From positions 30,194,001 to 30,258,000 of the forward strand of contig NC_079173.1 of the NCBI RefSeq assembly GCF_947568905.1: a stretch of 64,000 nucleotides of DNA, read 5' to 3'. Numbering within the stretch: the first letter of the stretch is position 1; each line of letters begins with the position of its first letter. The DNA is from Ostrea edulis. Lineage: Eukaryota. The position numbers and the translations under genes are program-made. A model generated the notes under the pieces. It saw only the letters and a program-made list of their open reading frames with translations, ran no database searches and had not been told where the DNA came from. Below, piece by piece: positions 39,111 through 51,585 of this stretch.

Positions 39111-39329
39111 CAATGCTCAGATTTTTTACACATACAATGATTTATATCTATTTACTCAAAGACAATTCTATAGCTTGTAAAACTCATTTTGCCGCATAAA
39201 GGCAGATACCTGTTCATTTTCAAATACACAGCTGTAGCTAATTTTCAGAGACATTATTTGATGAGATAAACATGCTTGTATCCTCATGTAGAAAACGATT
39301 TAAAGTTTGATTATGTTTTAAAGATTATA

Positions 39330-39688
39330 TTAAAGGGGCATTAGCTGTAGACTAGGACGTAAAAATGTTTTCTGGACCGTGATTAAAATGCTGCAATGTC
39401 TTGTTAAAATGAAGAAAAATAAATATGAGAGTGAAAAGGGACCCTAATCGATTGTTATAAAAAGTATTTAGAAATCCCCCTGCATTGAATTATTTACTTC
39501 CATTCAATATGTTATAGCCAGTGTTTCTCTACAAACAAAAGAAATTTCTGAAATGTCAAAATACAACAAAAGATTGCATGATGTATTAATTTTAAAATGT
39601 CATTGGTGATTTATAAGTACGGTAAAGCTGTTTCAGTCATTTTCTTGTCAATCGGCAAATCTGATTTTGACAGCTCATGTTCCTTTGA
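39330..39688. mobile_element. Non-autonomous DNA element with imperfect terminal inverted repeats
   Basis: aaaggggcattagctgt at the left end and acagctcatgttccttt at the right end. Confidence 0.55.
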
Positions 39689-40360
39689 TAATGATTAGGT
39701 GTTATCTATCAGTGTCTTTCACCTATAACTTATCAAAATCCATTCTATTTCTTTTATTCATATCCTTGATTAGAAACTACAGAGCTGGAATTAGGTCAAA
39801 TTGACTGGTGGGTTTTCTTTCGTATTCATGAAATTAAGACAAATATTTTCATGAATTCATGTATGATATATCGTTTTTATATATTGCAGAAGGTTAAAAA
39901 CTGGGTAAGAATAAATTAAACCAGTTTTAACTTAAGCGGAACTGTAGATAAAACCCAGAATACATAATTTAGGAAGTGGTCCCCAGAACTTTCTAAAATT
40001 TAATAACTAGTTTCAATTACAAAATACCTAACATGCTATGTCTTTCTTTTTAGAAGAAAATGCTATTTCTAGGATTATGTCCGTGGAGTTGGAAGAGAAA
40101 CTAATATCGCTGTAGTAGCGATATGTATAAAATAGTCTAAAGATTTATAGAATTTTTGTTCCTTCATTTTAAAATTAATCTTATAATATATTACCATCAA
40201 AATCACTTTTGAGAAATTGTCCGAGTGAAATTGTCCAAGTTAATTCAAAAGAAATGTAGAACCTGTTTTATAAGTACTTATGCTTTGATAATCTGGTGCA
40301 GCAAGCAACATTAAAATAACATAGTACACCAAAGATGGACATAGAAGATATGCACAATAA

Positions 40361-41140
40361 TGAAAAAGTGAAGACAACGAACAGTGATCAATCTCATAAC
40401 TCCTATAAAGGTGAAAATAACGAACAGTGATCAATCTCATAACTCCTATAAAGGTGAAGATAGCGAACAGTGATCAATCTCATAACTCCTATAAAGGTGA
40501 AGATAACGAACAGTGATCAATCTCATAACTCCTATAAAGGTGAAGATAACAAACAGTGATGAATCTCATAACTCCTATAAAGGTGAAGATAACGAACAGT
40601 GATCAATCTCGTAACTCCTATAAAGGTGAAGATAACGAACAGTGATCAATCTCATAACTCCTATAAAGGTGAAGATAACGAACACCGATCAATCTCATAA
40701 CTCCTATAAAGGTGAAGATAACGAACAGTGATCAATCTCGTAACTCCTATAAAGGTGAAGATAACGAACAGTGATCAATCTCATAACTCCTAAAAAGGTG
40801 AAGATAACGAACACTGATCAATCTCACACCTCTTATAAAGGTGAAGATAACAAACAGTGATCAATCTCATAACTCCTATAAAGGTGAAGATAACGAACAG
40901 TGATCAATCTCACACCTCTTATAAAGGTGAAGATAACGACCAGTGATCAATCTCATAACTCCTAAAAAGGTGAAGATAACGAACACTGATCAATCTCATA
41001 ACACCTATAAAGGTGAAGATAACGAACAGTGATCAATCTCATAACTCCTATAAAGGTGAAGATAACGACCAGTGATCAATCTGATAACTCCTAAAAAGGT
41101 GAAGATAACAAACAGTGATCAATCTCATAACACCTATAAG
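40361..41140. repeat. Tandem array (about 18 copies) of the terminal 43 bp of the Penelope-like element
   Basis: Unit AAAGGTGAAGATAACGAACAGTGATCAATCTCATAACTCCTAT. The array continues into normal element sequence at 41141. Confidence 0.95.
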
Positions 41141-41300
41141 AAATAAAAATTAAGAGAAGGACAAACACGGAATCCCGGACACACCAGAAGTAGGATCAGG
41201 TGCTGGTGTGCCCAGGGCTCCGTGTTTGCCCAACTATCTACTTTGTATTGCTTATAAGAGTTATGAGATTGATCACTGGCGGTAACTTCGCCTTTCATCC
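41141..41300. mobile_element. Inverted pair of Penelope-like 3'UTR fragments
   Basis: Antisense to about 41205, then sense, ending ttcgcctttcat. Confidence 0.8.
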
Positions 41301-42652
41301 ATATGATATTGATTACTGTTAGATATCTTCACTTTTTCATTCGTCATTGAACGCGTCGAGATAAATACTTTTGAGTCGAATTCAATGTTAAACTCATAAT
41401 TAATCAATAAAACGATGCTTGTTGTACTTACTAATATCGATCAAAAGAAAATATTACCTCAGAATTCGATAACAGAAACACACAATTGCAGTCAACCGAA
41501 TTTTCGTTGTCATTTGAGCGTGACTGAAAACAAAGCTCGGCAGCTTGTTAAAATGTTTTCATAAGGCTATTTATGTGATGAAAGAAACCATAAAATCGAT
41601 ATTAATAAGTACAAGAAGCAGCGTTTTATTGATTAATTATGAGTTTAACATTGAATTTGGCTCGCAACTATTTAAAATCTGCCCGAGAATGCCGCCTCCA
41701 ACTGAATTTTCAGTTTACGTAATGGCGCCGGTTCTGACATTTTCCTAGCACGGTAAATATCAAAATCATAAAAAAGCCAGGAAAACGTCAGATTTTTCGG
41801 ACTAGGTTTTTTAGTGTGTTTTTTGTTTGTTTCAGGGTAAGTTCAAGGTCACGATTTTTTCATACATGACCTTGAACTTCAATTAGAGCAAACGTTAGCT
41901 ATATAAACTAGTGTTTTATTACAAATTCAAAATAAATTTGCGCTTCATAAACTCTCTGTATGGATATATGTTTGTACTTATGCCGAGAAAACCCAGCAGA
42001 ATAAGCCTTCATAAGTTCCATCCTTGTTACACGAGAGGAAGTCTTTATTTTTTCCTCTGTAGAACCATTTAACATGGGGATCCTTACGTGTCAAGTTACG
42101 AAGTTGTTCCCCCGTGATTTAAAGTAAAATCAAGTGGATAAAAAGATCATTAAGGTGAACATTTGATCTTAGTCTCGCTTTTATAAAAAGGATGGATAGT
42201 ATATAAGTTAATGGTGTACCTAACTTAAAGTGAAAGTTAAACTGAAGCTTAAAGTGTCCATAGATTAAATAACGAAACCGAAGGAAGATATCAACGTTAT
42301 CAAACATAGACAGCACGCTATCTTAAAACACTATCCAGTTTTTCGACTTATGGAAAGTATCTGATTTGGCTGCGGATTATTCCGTTTACCTGATCAAAAT
42401 ATAGGGCTCACGCCGGGTGTGACCGTTCGACAGGGGATGCTTACTCCTCCTAGGCACCTGACCCCACCTCGGGTACATATATGTCCAGGGGTCCGTTTTG
42501 CCCTACTCTTAGTTTTGTGTTCTTTATGGGAGTTTTGGGATTGATCGCTGTTCATTGTTTTCACCTTTTCAAAACGAATTGCTCATTTTTATCTGACATG
42601 TACATGTTTTGGATCTTGTGATAGATATTGATTCATCAAAACTCTGTTTCAG

Positions 42653-42818
42653 GTGCTTGTTAGAACCGTACTTAATGGAGATGTTTACATCTATTGGTCA
42701 TGGTCAGAGCAGTGTACGGGCACCTGTCTACTCCTTCCACTTTACCGGCGGAAGTGATTATGTCAGCTTTATATGCAACGTTCGGATCTGCAGCAAATCG
42801 TCATCCAATTGTGATCTG
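42653..42818 (+). CDS. ZP-domain protein, exon (ZP-C end)
   Basis: ctctgtttcag| acceptor and |gtaaaa donor. Reads (G)CLLEPYLMEMFTSIGHGQSSVRAPVYSFHFTGGSDYVSFICNVRICSKSSSNCDL, with the ZP-C-type F-x-F...C-x-V-x-x-C pattern. Confidence 0.88.
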
Positions 42819-43013
42819 GTAAAATAAAAAAATTCATAAAGTTACAATAGGCTCGTGGGCTACACGGTAAGCTGAAACATGATTTTCCCTTTGCATGTAA
42901 TAACAATAATAATAGAAGTAAGTTGTGAATAAACCTGAATATTTACATTTCCAATGATTTACCTTCGATATCTTTACCAATTGAAATGATAGTCCTTTCC
43001 TCATGAACGTGAA

Positions 43014-43264
43014 GGGGGCCTCCGTGGCCGAGTGGTTAGAGCATTGCGCTCAAAATCACACGGCCTCTCACCTCTGCCGGCGCGGGTTCGAATCCCGTTC
43101 GCGCCGGTAAGTGAGAAAGTTTCCCATTTTACTTTCGGAAGGTCGGTGGTCTCTTCCCAGGTACATTGTATCTGGGTTCTCTCTTCCACCAATAAAAACT
43201 GGGCGCCACCAGATAACTGAAAAATTGTTGAGTGTGGCAGAAAACATCAAAACAAACACACAAA
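43014..43264 (+). mobile_element. Full-length tRNA-head SINE with 12-bp target-site duplication
   Basis: A box TGGCCGAGTGG, B box GGTTCGAATCC and a caaaac/caaac tail. TSD catgaacgtgaa at 43002-43013 and 43265-43276. Confidence 0.9.
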
Positions 43265-44174
43265 CATGAACGTGAACAATGTTCTTGTGAATCTTGATAA
43301 ATGTAGCACGACTATTTCAACGTGGGAATACTCCGATAAAAATGAAAGTAAAATGTAAATACAAAGGATAAATGAAAGGCAAAGATAACGAACAGTGATC
43401 AATCTCATAACTCCTATAAGCAATACAAAATAGATAGTTGGGAAACCACGGACCCCTGGATACACCAGAGGTGGGATCAGGTGCCTAGGAGGGGTAAGCA
43501 TCCCCTGTTATTTTTGAAAATACATGAGAGCATGAAGAGCAATCCCTCACGCCAACATGATTTTCATGCATCATTAAATATGCTGATGTAAAGCGTCGCA
43601 GTTCATGCCCTTGTGTATTTTCAAAAATGAAATATGTTTTTAATAATACTACATGTGTATATACATGTATGTATTATGATGAAGCGTTCTATACGTTTAG
43701 CTAACCGGCTAACTGGTAATTATATAGCCTGGTTTCGAATTTACTATTTAAGAAAGGCACAGAACTCTAAATATAGGGTACCCATGTTCGCCGATGAAAA
43801 TATGATATACCAAATGGTATAAAATTCCGTTCTATATTCTAATATATCCATACACAATCAATCTATATTAAAATTGTAAAACCGTCTGCACTTTCACTTA
43901 TCACAGCCATTTTGACTGGTTTCGAAATTTACCCGAAAAGGATGAAAGGGCTTAAAACTATTTAGAGACACTAGTATTAATTTTGATCAATAATAATTCA
44001 ATACAGTGCATAAATGATGCTAATAAGATTATATCTTATAATAATACGCTGCTCTTATTATGTCTATTAGTATCCAAAAACCACATTAAGACAGGTGTTT
44101 GACCATTTATAATAATGAAGGCAATTTGGGTAATTAGCGACAATGGTCAAAATGGTTGTGATAGTGAAAGTGAG

Positions 44175-44520
44175 TAATCCATAGTCAAAATCAGTTCGTA
44201 AAGAATTGTCTAACAATTGGTATGAATCATGTCAGAGAACATTTTACCTAACAAAAGGTTATGTTTGCAAATACGTCAGATCACCATAACGACCATGAAA
44301 TTTCCAAAATGTGGGCCGACTTCGAGCGAGACTGTAGAAAACCCTGTAACATCTATTCATTTCTTTACTGCTTGTTTTGGTTTACAATTTGACCATACAC
44401 ATAACACGATTTCGTGTATCGAATCAGTTGAGAGACATAAATGCTATATGCTGGTTATGACGAACGAAGATAGGAAGTTGACCACGGAGAAGTTGAAATC
44501 ATCTCGTTTGTTATCAAGTT
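44175..44520 (-). mobile_element. Degraded Penelope-like element fragment
   Basis: Family match (gtaatccatagtcaaaatcag ... ggaagttgaccacggagaag). Confidence 0.7.
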
Positions 44521-44885
44521 ACTATCTTATTAGTTTGCCGTTAATGTCATTACCCAATAAAATATCAAAATATGAAGTAAAATGATCTAACGAAAACGAG
44601 ATAAGTGGTATATATAATTTGAAAACTGAAGTGAGAAAGGTTTTGGAACAAAGTCTGTAAAATACAATCAAGATAACGATATGGTTTGTCCTGCTGTACA
44701 TAACTGTACGTATTGTACCTGTTGACGTACCTGTAGGTTATATGAAATATAGGTTGTTTTCCAAAGGAGAACCCAAAAGGGCACTTAAGACTGTATCCCA
44801 CGACCTGTATTTCAGTTAATGTCAGTATTTTGGGATTTTATCACATCATTAGAATTAACACTCACGAGTTATACCCCAATTTCAG

Positions 44886-44985
44886 AGTATCTGTAAATCT
44901 AAGAGAGCGTCACGTGATGTAAGCGAGGAGGGAGTACATACCCAGGAGGAACTGTCTGTGTCTGTTCGAGTAGGACCTGCATCAG
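44886..44985 (+). CDS. ZP-domain protein, exon with furin site and hydrophobic patch
   Basis: ccccaatttcag| acceptor and G|gtaact donor. Reads SICKSKRASRDVSEEGVHTQEELSVSVRVGPAS (R-A-S-R site; LSVSVRV is EHP-like). Confidence 0.85.
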
Positions 44986-45176
44986 GTAACTGTTTTAAAT
45001 GTAAACCATACGCAGATCCAGAAATTTCCAGAGATTTCAACCAATACTATACTTTTAAAATTTAGTATGAAATTGCATAGAAATAAATAGGACTTGGTCC
45101 AAAACTCCGACCCCTTTAGAATCCCGCCTTGCAAACAGCCTATAATGAAGTGCTGTATTTTCATATTTAATTTTAG

Positions 45177-45241
45177 GAGGAAGAAAGCTGCTTTGGTCGC
45201 CCATGCTGGTAGCTCTTCTTGTGTTTGTAAGCCATTTCTGA
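45177..45241 (+). CDS. ZP-domain protein, terminal exon (GPI-signal-like hydrophobic tail)
   Basis: tttaattttag| acceptor. Reads (G)GRKLLWSPMLVALLVFVSHF*. AATAAA at 45314-45319. Confidence 0.82.
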
Positions 45242-46059
45242 TAACACGGAAGTGACTGTTAATGAGGAATTGTATATGTATCAGGCATGTTTTTTTTTTA
45301 AATCGGAATATATAATAAACACTGTGATAAAACAAACGATCCTTGTAATATTTACACATACATAAAACTATTAAAAGTCAATTCAACTGTGCTTAATTAA
45401 CCACAACAGCAACTGCACAGTTTTAAAATCTAACGTTGGAACGGAATAAAAACATAATAAAATTAATCTTTCTTCATTTTTGGCCGGTTTGCACAACGTG
45501 TACATCAGGCTTATAGAATGGTGAATGGTGGGTGGGTGTCCCTGTAATAGGGTGCCTACTTTGTTTAATCAACTCCTTTCACACCTCTATCTTGACATTC
45601 CACAAACTTTGTACGGTTGTTATGGACAGATTGAAGATAAGAATGTGTATTTTTGAAAGTTATCAGACATTTTTCGAAAAATTTACATGTAGTTGAACTT
45701 TGTCATTCTTAAGCATGTCTTGAATAGACGGTAACTCTTTTTCTAATCAGCTCCTCTTACATCATTTATTTGACACCCTTCAGGCTATGTACAGTTGTTA
45801 TGGGAGCATTGGACATGTATATGTGTCTTTTTTGGATGAGATCGGACATTCTTTGAAAAATGTACATTGTTGAACTTTCTCATTTTAAGCATGGTACCTA
45901 CTTAATGTAACCCAAACCACCACAATATGCCTGTATATGAAAAAGAGGGAGGCGCTTAAGATTACAAAGACATGTTTCTTGTCTTTCTTTATCTAAACGA
46001 TTGTTCACATACAACTTGCAAAATTGTATCCATATCTTCTTAAACTTCTCAAGTTACCG

Positions 46060-46395
46060 TTAAAAAAGTACCTGCTTCTTAAAAGAGTTGCTCAGTGAAA
46101 GGTGAGTCACAATTAAATGTATGAACGAATTGACTCAGACGTGCGTCATGGTCTACTGGAAACTTTTCTTGTTAAAAAAGTAACTGTTTCTTAAAAGAGT
46201 TGCTCAGTGAAAGGTGAGTCACAATTAAATGTATGAACGAATTGACTCAGACGTGCGTCATGGTCTACTGGAAACTTTTCTTGTTAAAAAAGTAACTGTT
46301 TCTTAAAAGAGTTGCTCAGTGAAAGGTATTGCCGAGTCACAATTAAATGTATGAACGAATTGACTCAGACGTGCGCCATGGCCTACTGTAAACGT
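46060..46395. repeat. 112-bp unit x3 containing AP-1-type motifs
   Basis: Units start at 46060, 46172 and 46284 and carry TGAGTCA and TGACTCA. Confidence 0.88.
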
Positions 46396-48371
46396 TTCTT
46401 TGAAGTTCCATTGTATGGGAACCTACGAAAATGAGCTCAATGGCCTTTCGAAGGAACCCAACTTCAATCCTGAGTGGAAATGAAAAATTCATCAGTTTTT
46501 GTACTATTCATAGCTACAATTTTTAAAAGGACGTTCGAAAAAGGTAAGTGCTTGGAAATTGCCTTTACATTCTATAGCCTTTAGTTTCGTCATGGGAGGA
46601 AGAAAGAGTTGACTAGTGACATATTCAGTCTCACTTTGAATCCAATTGGAGCCCTGGCAGGATTGATCTTAGGACTGAAACCCTTTCAAGTTCTTGAAAT
46701 TCCCCGGATGTATAAAGTCTTAGATTTAGCAAATAAAAGTGAAAAGCAAGTTATATATTTCATAGAGATTGAATGTTGCTTACATGTAGTGCAATTTTTC
46801 ACTCTTGGTATAATTGTCCTTGGTTTAACAGATATATGGCTTGTGTTCCATAGATAAACAACAGTACACATTAAAGCGCAACACATTTTGCAAACACCTG
46901 CACAATTTATTCCGCAGACTTTATAGGAGTTACGATATGAAATACGAGCAGTATTTTCCTAATAAGAATATACATGTATATGCATATCCCCACCAACGAA
47001 CCGCACTTGAAACATTACATTGTACCACATCAAAGTTATCCTATCTGGTACTTTTTAACTAGGGATTTCAAAACATTCTCTCACTAGAGGGCGCGTTACA
47101 CAAGCTTCATTTATACCTCTACCAACGCTTGGAATCACGTGACAATATAATCACATGATATGAACAACCGTTCTCGTTTCCTTTCCCTTTAAAGGTTCTG
47201 GCAACATGTAAGGCGAAAATAACGAACAGTGATCAATCTCAAACTCCTATACGCAATACAAAATAGACAGTTGGGCAAACACGGACCCCTGGACACACCA
47301 GGGGTGAGATCAAGTGCCTAGGAGGAGTAAGCATCCCCCGTTGCTGTGATACATCAGACTCTTTTCATGGGCCACTGGCACTTTGATAAGTACATATTTA
47401 CCATTTAGCTGTTTGTCTCTTTTTCTACAAATTTTGTCGTATTTTTTACAGCCTTTCTTACTTTTGATTACATGTTTACATTTAAATCTCCACCACGTGA
47501 ATGTCCTACTTTCGTACACATACTACGAAGTAGTTTCAAATTTAGGATAAGAAAATGGCGATTTTAAACAATATACAGTAAGTATCATTTTAATTGCACC
47601 AAAAACATTTCATAATGTGACTAGATATTTAGTCCAAAACAAATATGTTGGATATTAGAAACTTTTACAAGATTTCTGTAAAAAGCCGTTGACAGAGGTG
47701 TAGTGCGAGTAGCTGTCTGGGTAGAGAGTGATGTCAAAACTGTCAATAATTCATATTCGAATATTCAGTAAAAAAATGATCATGTACAAAATAAGTCATA
47801 AGTCTTGATTTATGCATTGCACCGCTATGTGAAAGTTAAACCTCAGACTTCGTTAGAGAGACACTGTACAATATATATTCAATACTTGATATAAATGTAT
47901 TGACTGTTAAAAATTACAGATAAAGCATAATAGGGGAAGTTTGATCGAAGCGCCAAATGAAGAATCCAATTCATGAATTAATCGCCTAACAAGCAGCAAG
48001 AAAGCTAACTCCTACAGAAGTAACTACTTGTCAATGAAGCGTTATTAATAGTGTTTGACACAGCGTATTGAATGATTAAACAAACGCATTTATAGGTCTT
48101 TGACATTTTCTCTTATTAACTAGTTTTCCAATAATGATTATAATTATTAGATTGCAATTGACAAATACGAAATAAACAAATAAAGAATAGATCTGTTTTG
48201 AAATTGAACCCTTTAACCACACCACAATACAGACTGGATATATAAACATACAAGTAATTAAATTATCAGGTAAATTTAGTTTTGTTTAGACAGATTATTT
48301 TGTCAACAAGTGAACTCGACAGTCTATTTCTAAGTTTTGTGTTTAGAAGCCCAGCCGAAGAAAAAAATATC

Positions 48372-48799
48372 TCAGAAGGAACTGATGTTGCTGGAACATG
48401 CACAGAAATTTCTAGGCGGGTTCAGACAGGACGAGCTATTTATCTTCATTTCGCCACCATAACAGGGGATCCTCGTTCCTTGGAAACATTCGCTTGTGTA
48501 ATTTTCCAGCTCATTCTTCCTTGTTGGATTTTCCTTTTCGGGCGAGAACTGAGCAAGGTAGTTGATTCTGCTGGGATTTAGAGACCATTCTGGTGGTTCG
48601 AGATCATCGTTAGGGACAGGAATAGAGTCACCAAGAGGAATAACATCCACAGGGTACTCTATTTCGCACATGACAACTTTCTTTTGTTCCTTGGAGAGAA
48701 AGTATAAAGATTTGTACTTTGAATCCAGGAATACATGTTTAACCGAAAATTCATATTCGAATATCAACTCATCATATATTCGAATATTCGTTGGCGTCC
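48372..48799 (-). CDS. Orphan probable terminal coding exon, unknown protein
   Basis: Pyrimidine tract then ttaataatag|GG ACG CCA.... About 142 open codons with protein-like composition (GTPTNIRIYDELIFEYEFSVKHVFLDSKY...). No family recognised. Confidence 0.5.
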
Positions 48800-51081
48800 C
48801 TATTATTAACACATGGTACATTCAATGGGGGAAGGGGTAGAGGTAAGATCGATTCTTCAATTGAAAGATCCACTTTCTACTCATTAAGTTTCAGGCAGAA
48901 AAACATGGGGCACAACCTTCAGACAAAAGGGGCACTTTGCTGGCAACTTTTCTTTTTAAACATAATTGAAAAATGAGGTGAAAGGAGGGTTACTGTAAGT
49001 GTTGATGTTTGGTAAATGTATATCATTTTATCTCTTTTCATAGTATTAAAGAAAATTATAAGCTATAATTTGTTCTTTACTTCCATGAATGAAAACCTAT
49101 CCCAAGAGTCGATTTCAAACACATGTCCCTGGTATTGACGCCCTCGTAATATTAATGTAAGTATGCAATGGGATATTCTAGTGAGAGGACTTGCACACAA
49201 TGTAGGCTAGACAGATAAAATCAGTTTTAAGAACATCAATTTGAAAAAAATGAAAGTCTACTTTTCATGTAGACATGTGGCGTACTGTCTGTATCGACCC
49301 GAGACGGGAATGGGTTATTCTAAATTCTGAAGTAGATAAATTCAAAAAACATAGATAAACGCAATGGTATTATACTTCTATATATCTCAGGAGATGCTCA
49401 CTCCTCCTAGGCACCTGATCCCACCTCTGGTGTGTCCAGGGGTCCGTGTTTGCCCAACTATCTACTTTGTATTGATTATAGGAGTTATGAGATTGATCAC
49501 TGTTCGTTATCTTCACCTCTCATATACATAACGCAACTCATTCAATAAGATTTTTCAAATCAAATTGAAACGTCATCAGTTGCAGGTTAATTACCACAAA
49601 TTTAGACCTAAGCTTAGCGCTCATGGCGGTTGAATTGAGGGTTCTTTAACGTACCAACGCTTACCGCGACCACCGTTTTTAAGGTTTAGTGGTTATATCA
49701 AAGCGAAACATGATCCCTACCTATGTTCACGACTTACGTTTAACATGGCACGTGCGGGGCTCGAACTCCCAAACTCCCGTTTACGAAGCGAAATATATAC
49801 CACTGAGCTACCGTGACCGGTATTAAGAAATTGCATTTTCATTATAAAATATATACTGAGCACAATAGGTTTAGCAATTCAAATATTTAATATAACACAT
49901 ATTAAATGAAAACATACCGTATTTCTATCAATAAACTGAAATTTGGATTATCATCACGTAAGAATATAATGTTACAGTTTAAGATAAATCGTGTTTCGTT
50001 ACGCAAGAAATCGACATCAAACAGTTGCGGGGCGTGGGTTGGAAAGTAACAATCATTATTATTTTGTGTGGTCCCCACTTGCAGCAATTACAACTCTATA
50101 CAGCGGCGCCTCATGCTTCTTATACTGGGAGGTCTTAATAATCTGCTAATGAAATAGTTTTTTGAAACACTATGTCCGCTTGATTATAGTTAAGGTAAAT
50201 AAACAAGGAGAATGACAAACTAAAACTTATATGCTGTCATATAAGACAGATAACCCGCAAGCGTTTGCCTTCAAATATACTCTATACCACATACATTCTT
50301 TGTGCATATGTCAAGATGCATCAGATATTCTGTTAGATAATTGCTCTGGAATCATCTAGAACCCTATTACATAATGTTGAAATATATTTAAAACAATCGA
50401 GGCGATGAACCCTAAACCAAATCTAATTCTGCTGCACATATCACGATGTTTTGAGTGTTCTGATGGGCAAGTGCCCCGGCATAATCCACTCCTCCATCAT
50501 TTCTTTATTGTTCAAATATCTTTAAAATGGTTGAGATTCCAACCCTTAAAGCAAATACATTCTTGTGCACAGGACACAGTCCCATGAGCACCAGGTTTTT
50601 CTTCGTCATTTCCCCACCCCATTTGACCCTCAAGGTGAAAAACAACATTCCGAAAACTTATTGCACATCGACAGAACATCACCAATCATCTCCCAAAAGA
50701 TATTTGGCTACTGCATAAAATGGCAGAGTTCTGGGAACAAGGTTTTGGGGATAGAAAAACGTAGTTTTTCAAACCCATTTGGTACCATGGGTGAAAGTAA
50801 ATATTCTAATGCATTATTGCTCACCTATATGTCGTTCACCAACAATCATCTTCCAAACGATGAATTGGCTACTGCGTAGTATCTGAGAGTTCTGGGAAAC
50901 ACAGGTTTGTTGTGTAAAAAAACCCATCGAATTTACCCCCCCCCCCCCTCCCTTTGGTCCCAGGATGAAAAAGAAAATTCCATAAAACTTATTGCACATC
51001 TACAGGACACCATCATTCATCTTCCAAAAGATTATTTTGAAATCTGCAACATTTTATATCCAAATTTAAATTATGTACTTA

Positions 51082-51585
51082 ATGAAAGGTGAAGATAACG
51101 AACAAAGATCAATCTCATAACTCCTATAAGCAATACAAAATAGATAGTTGGGCAAATACGGACCCATGGACACACAAGGGGTGGCATCAGGTGCCTAGGA
51201 GGAGTAAGCATCCCCTATCGACCGGTCACACCTGCCGTGAGCCCTATATCCTGATCAGGTAAACGGAGTTATCCGTAGTCAAAATCGGTGTACCAAGAAC
51301 GGCCTAACAATCGGTATAAAGCACGTCAGACAGCATTTGACCCAATGATAGGTTGTATTGACGAACAAATTGTTATAACGACCATATAATTTGCGAAATG
51401 CTGACTTCAATTGAGACTGTTGAAATCCCTGTACCATCAACTTGTTTGTCAGTAGCATACCTCGATTTAAAAACTGACCATACGCAGAACAAGTTCTTAC
51501 GTATCGAATCAATTGTGAGATATAAACACCATATGCAGGTGATAATGGCATATTGCTACATAAATATGGGAAGTTGACGATGTCG
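51082..51585 (-). mobile_element. Penelope-like element, 5'-truncated
   Basis: DIVNFPYLCSNMPLSPAYGVYISQLIRY...SAFRKLYGRY plus the full 3'UTR. Confidence 0.9.

Noticed and set aside
40361-41140. CRISPR-like look of the 43-bp array (also 711-2941 and 38405-39110)
   Set aside because: Units are head-to-tail with no unique spacers, there are no cas genes, and the context is eukaryotic.
43014-43100. Possible tRNA gene
   Set aside because: A/B boxes are present but there is no proper acceptor stem or cloverleaf. It continues into a SINE body with tail and TSD.
50565-51080. 104-aa ORF and overlapping ORFs
   Set aside because: They lie in an internally repeated non-coding element (ttattgcacatc...ttggctactgc cores).
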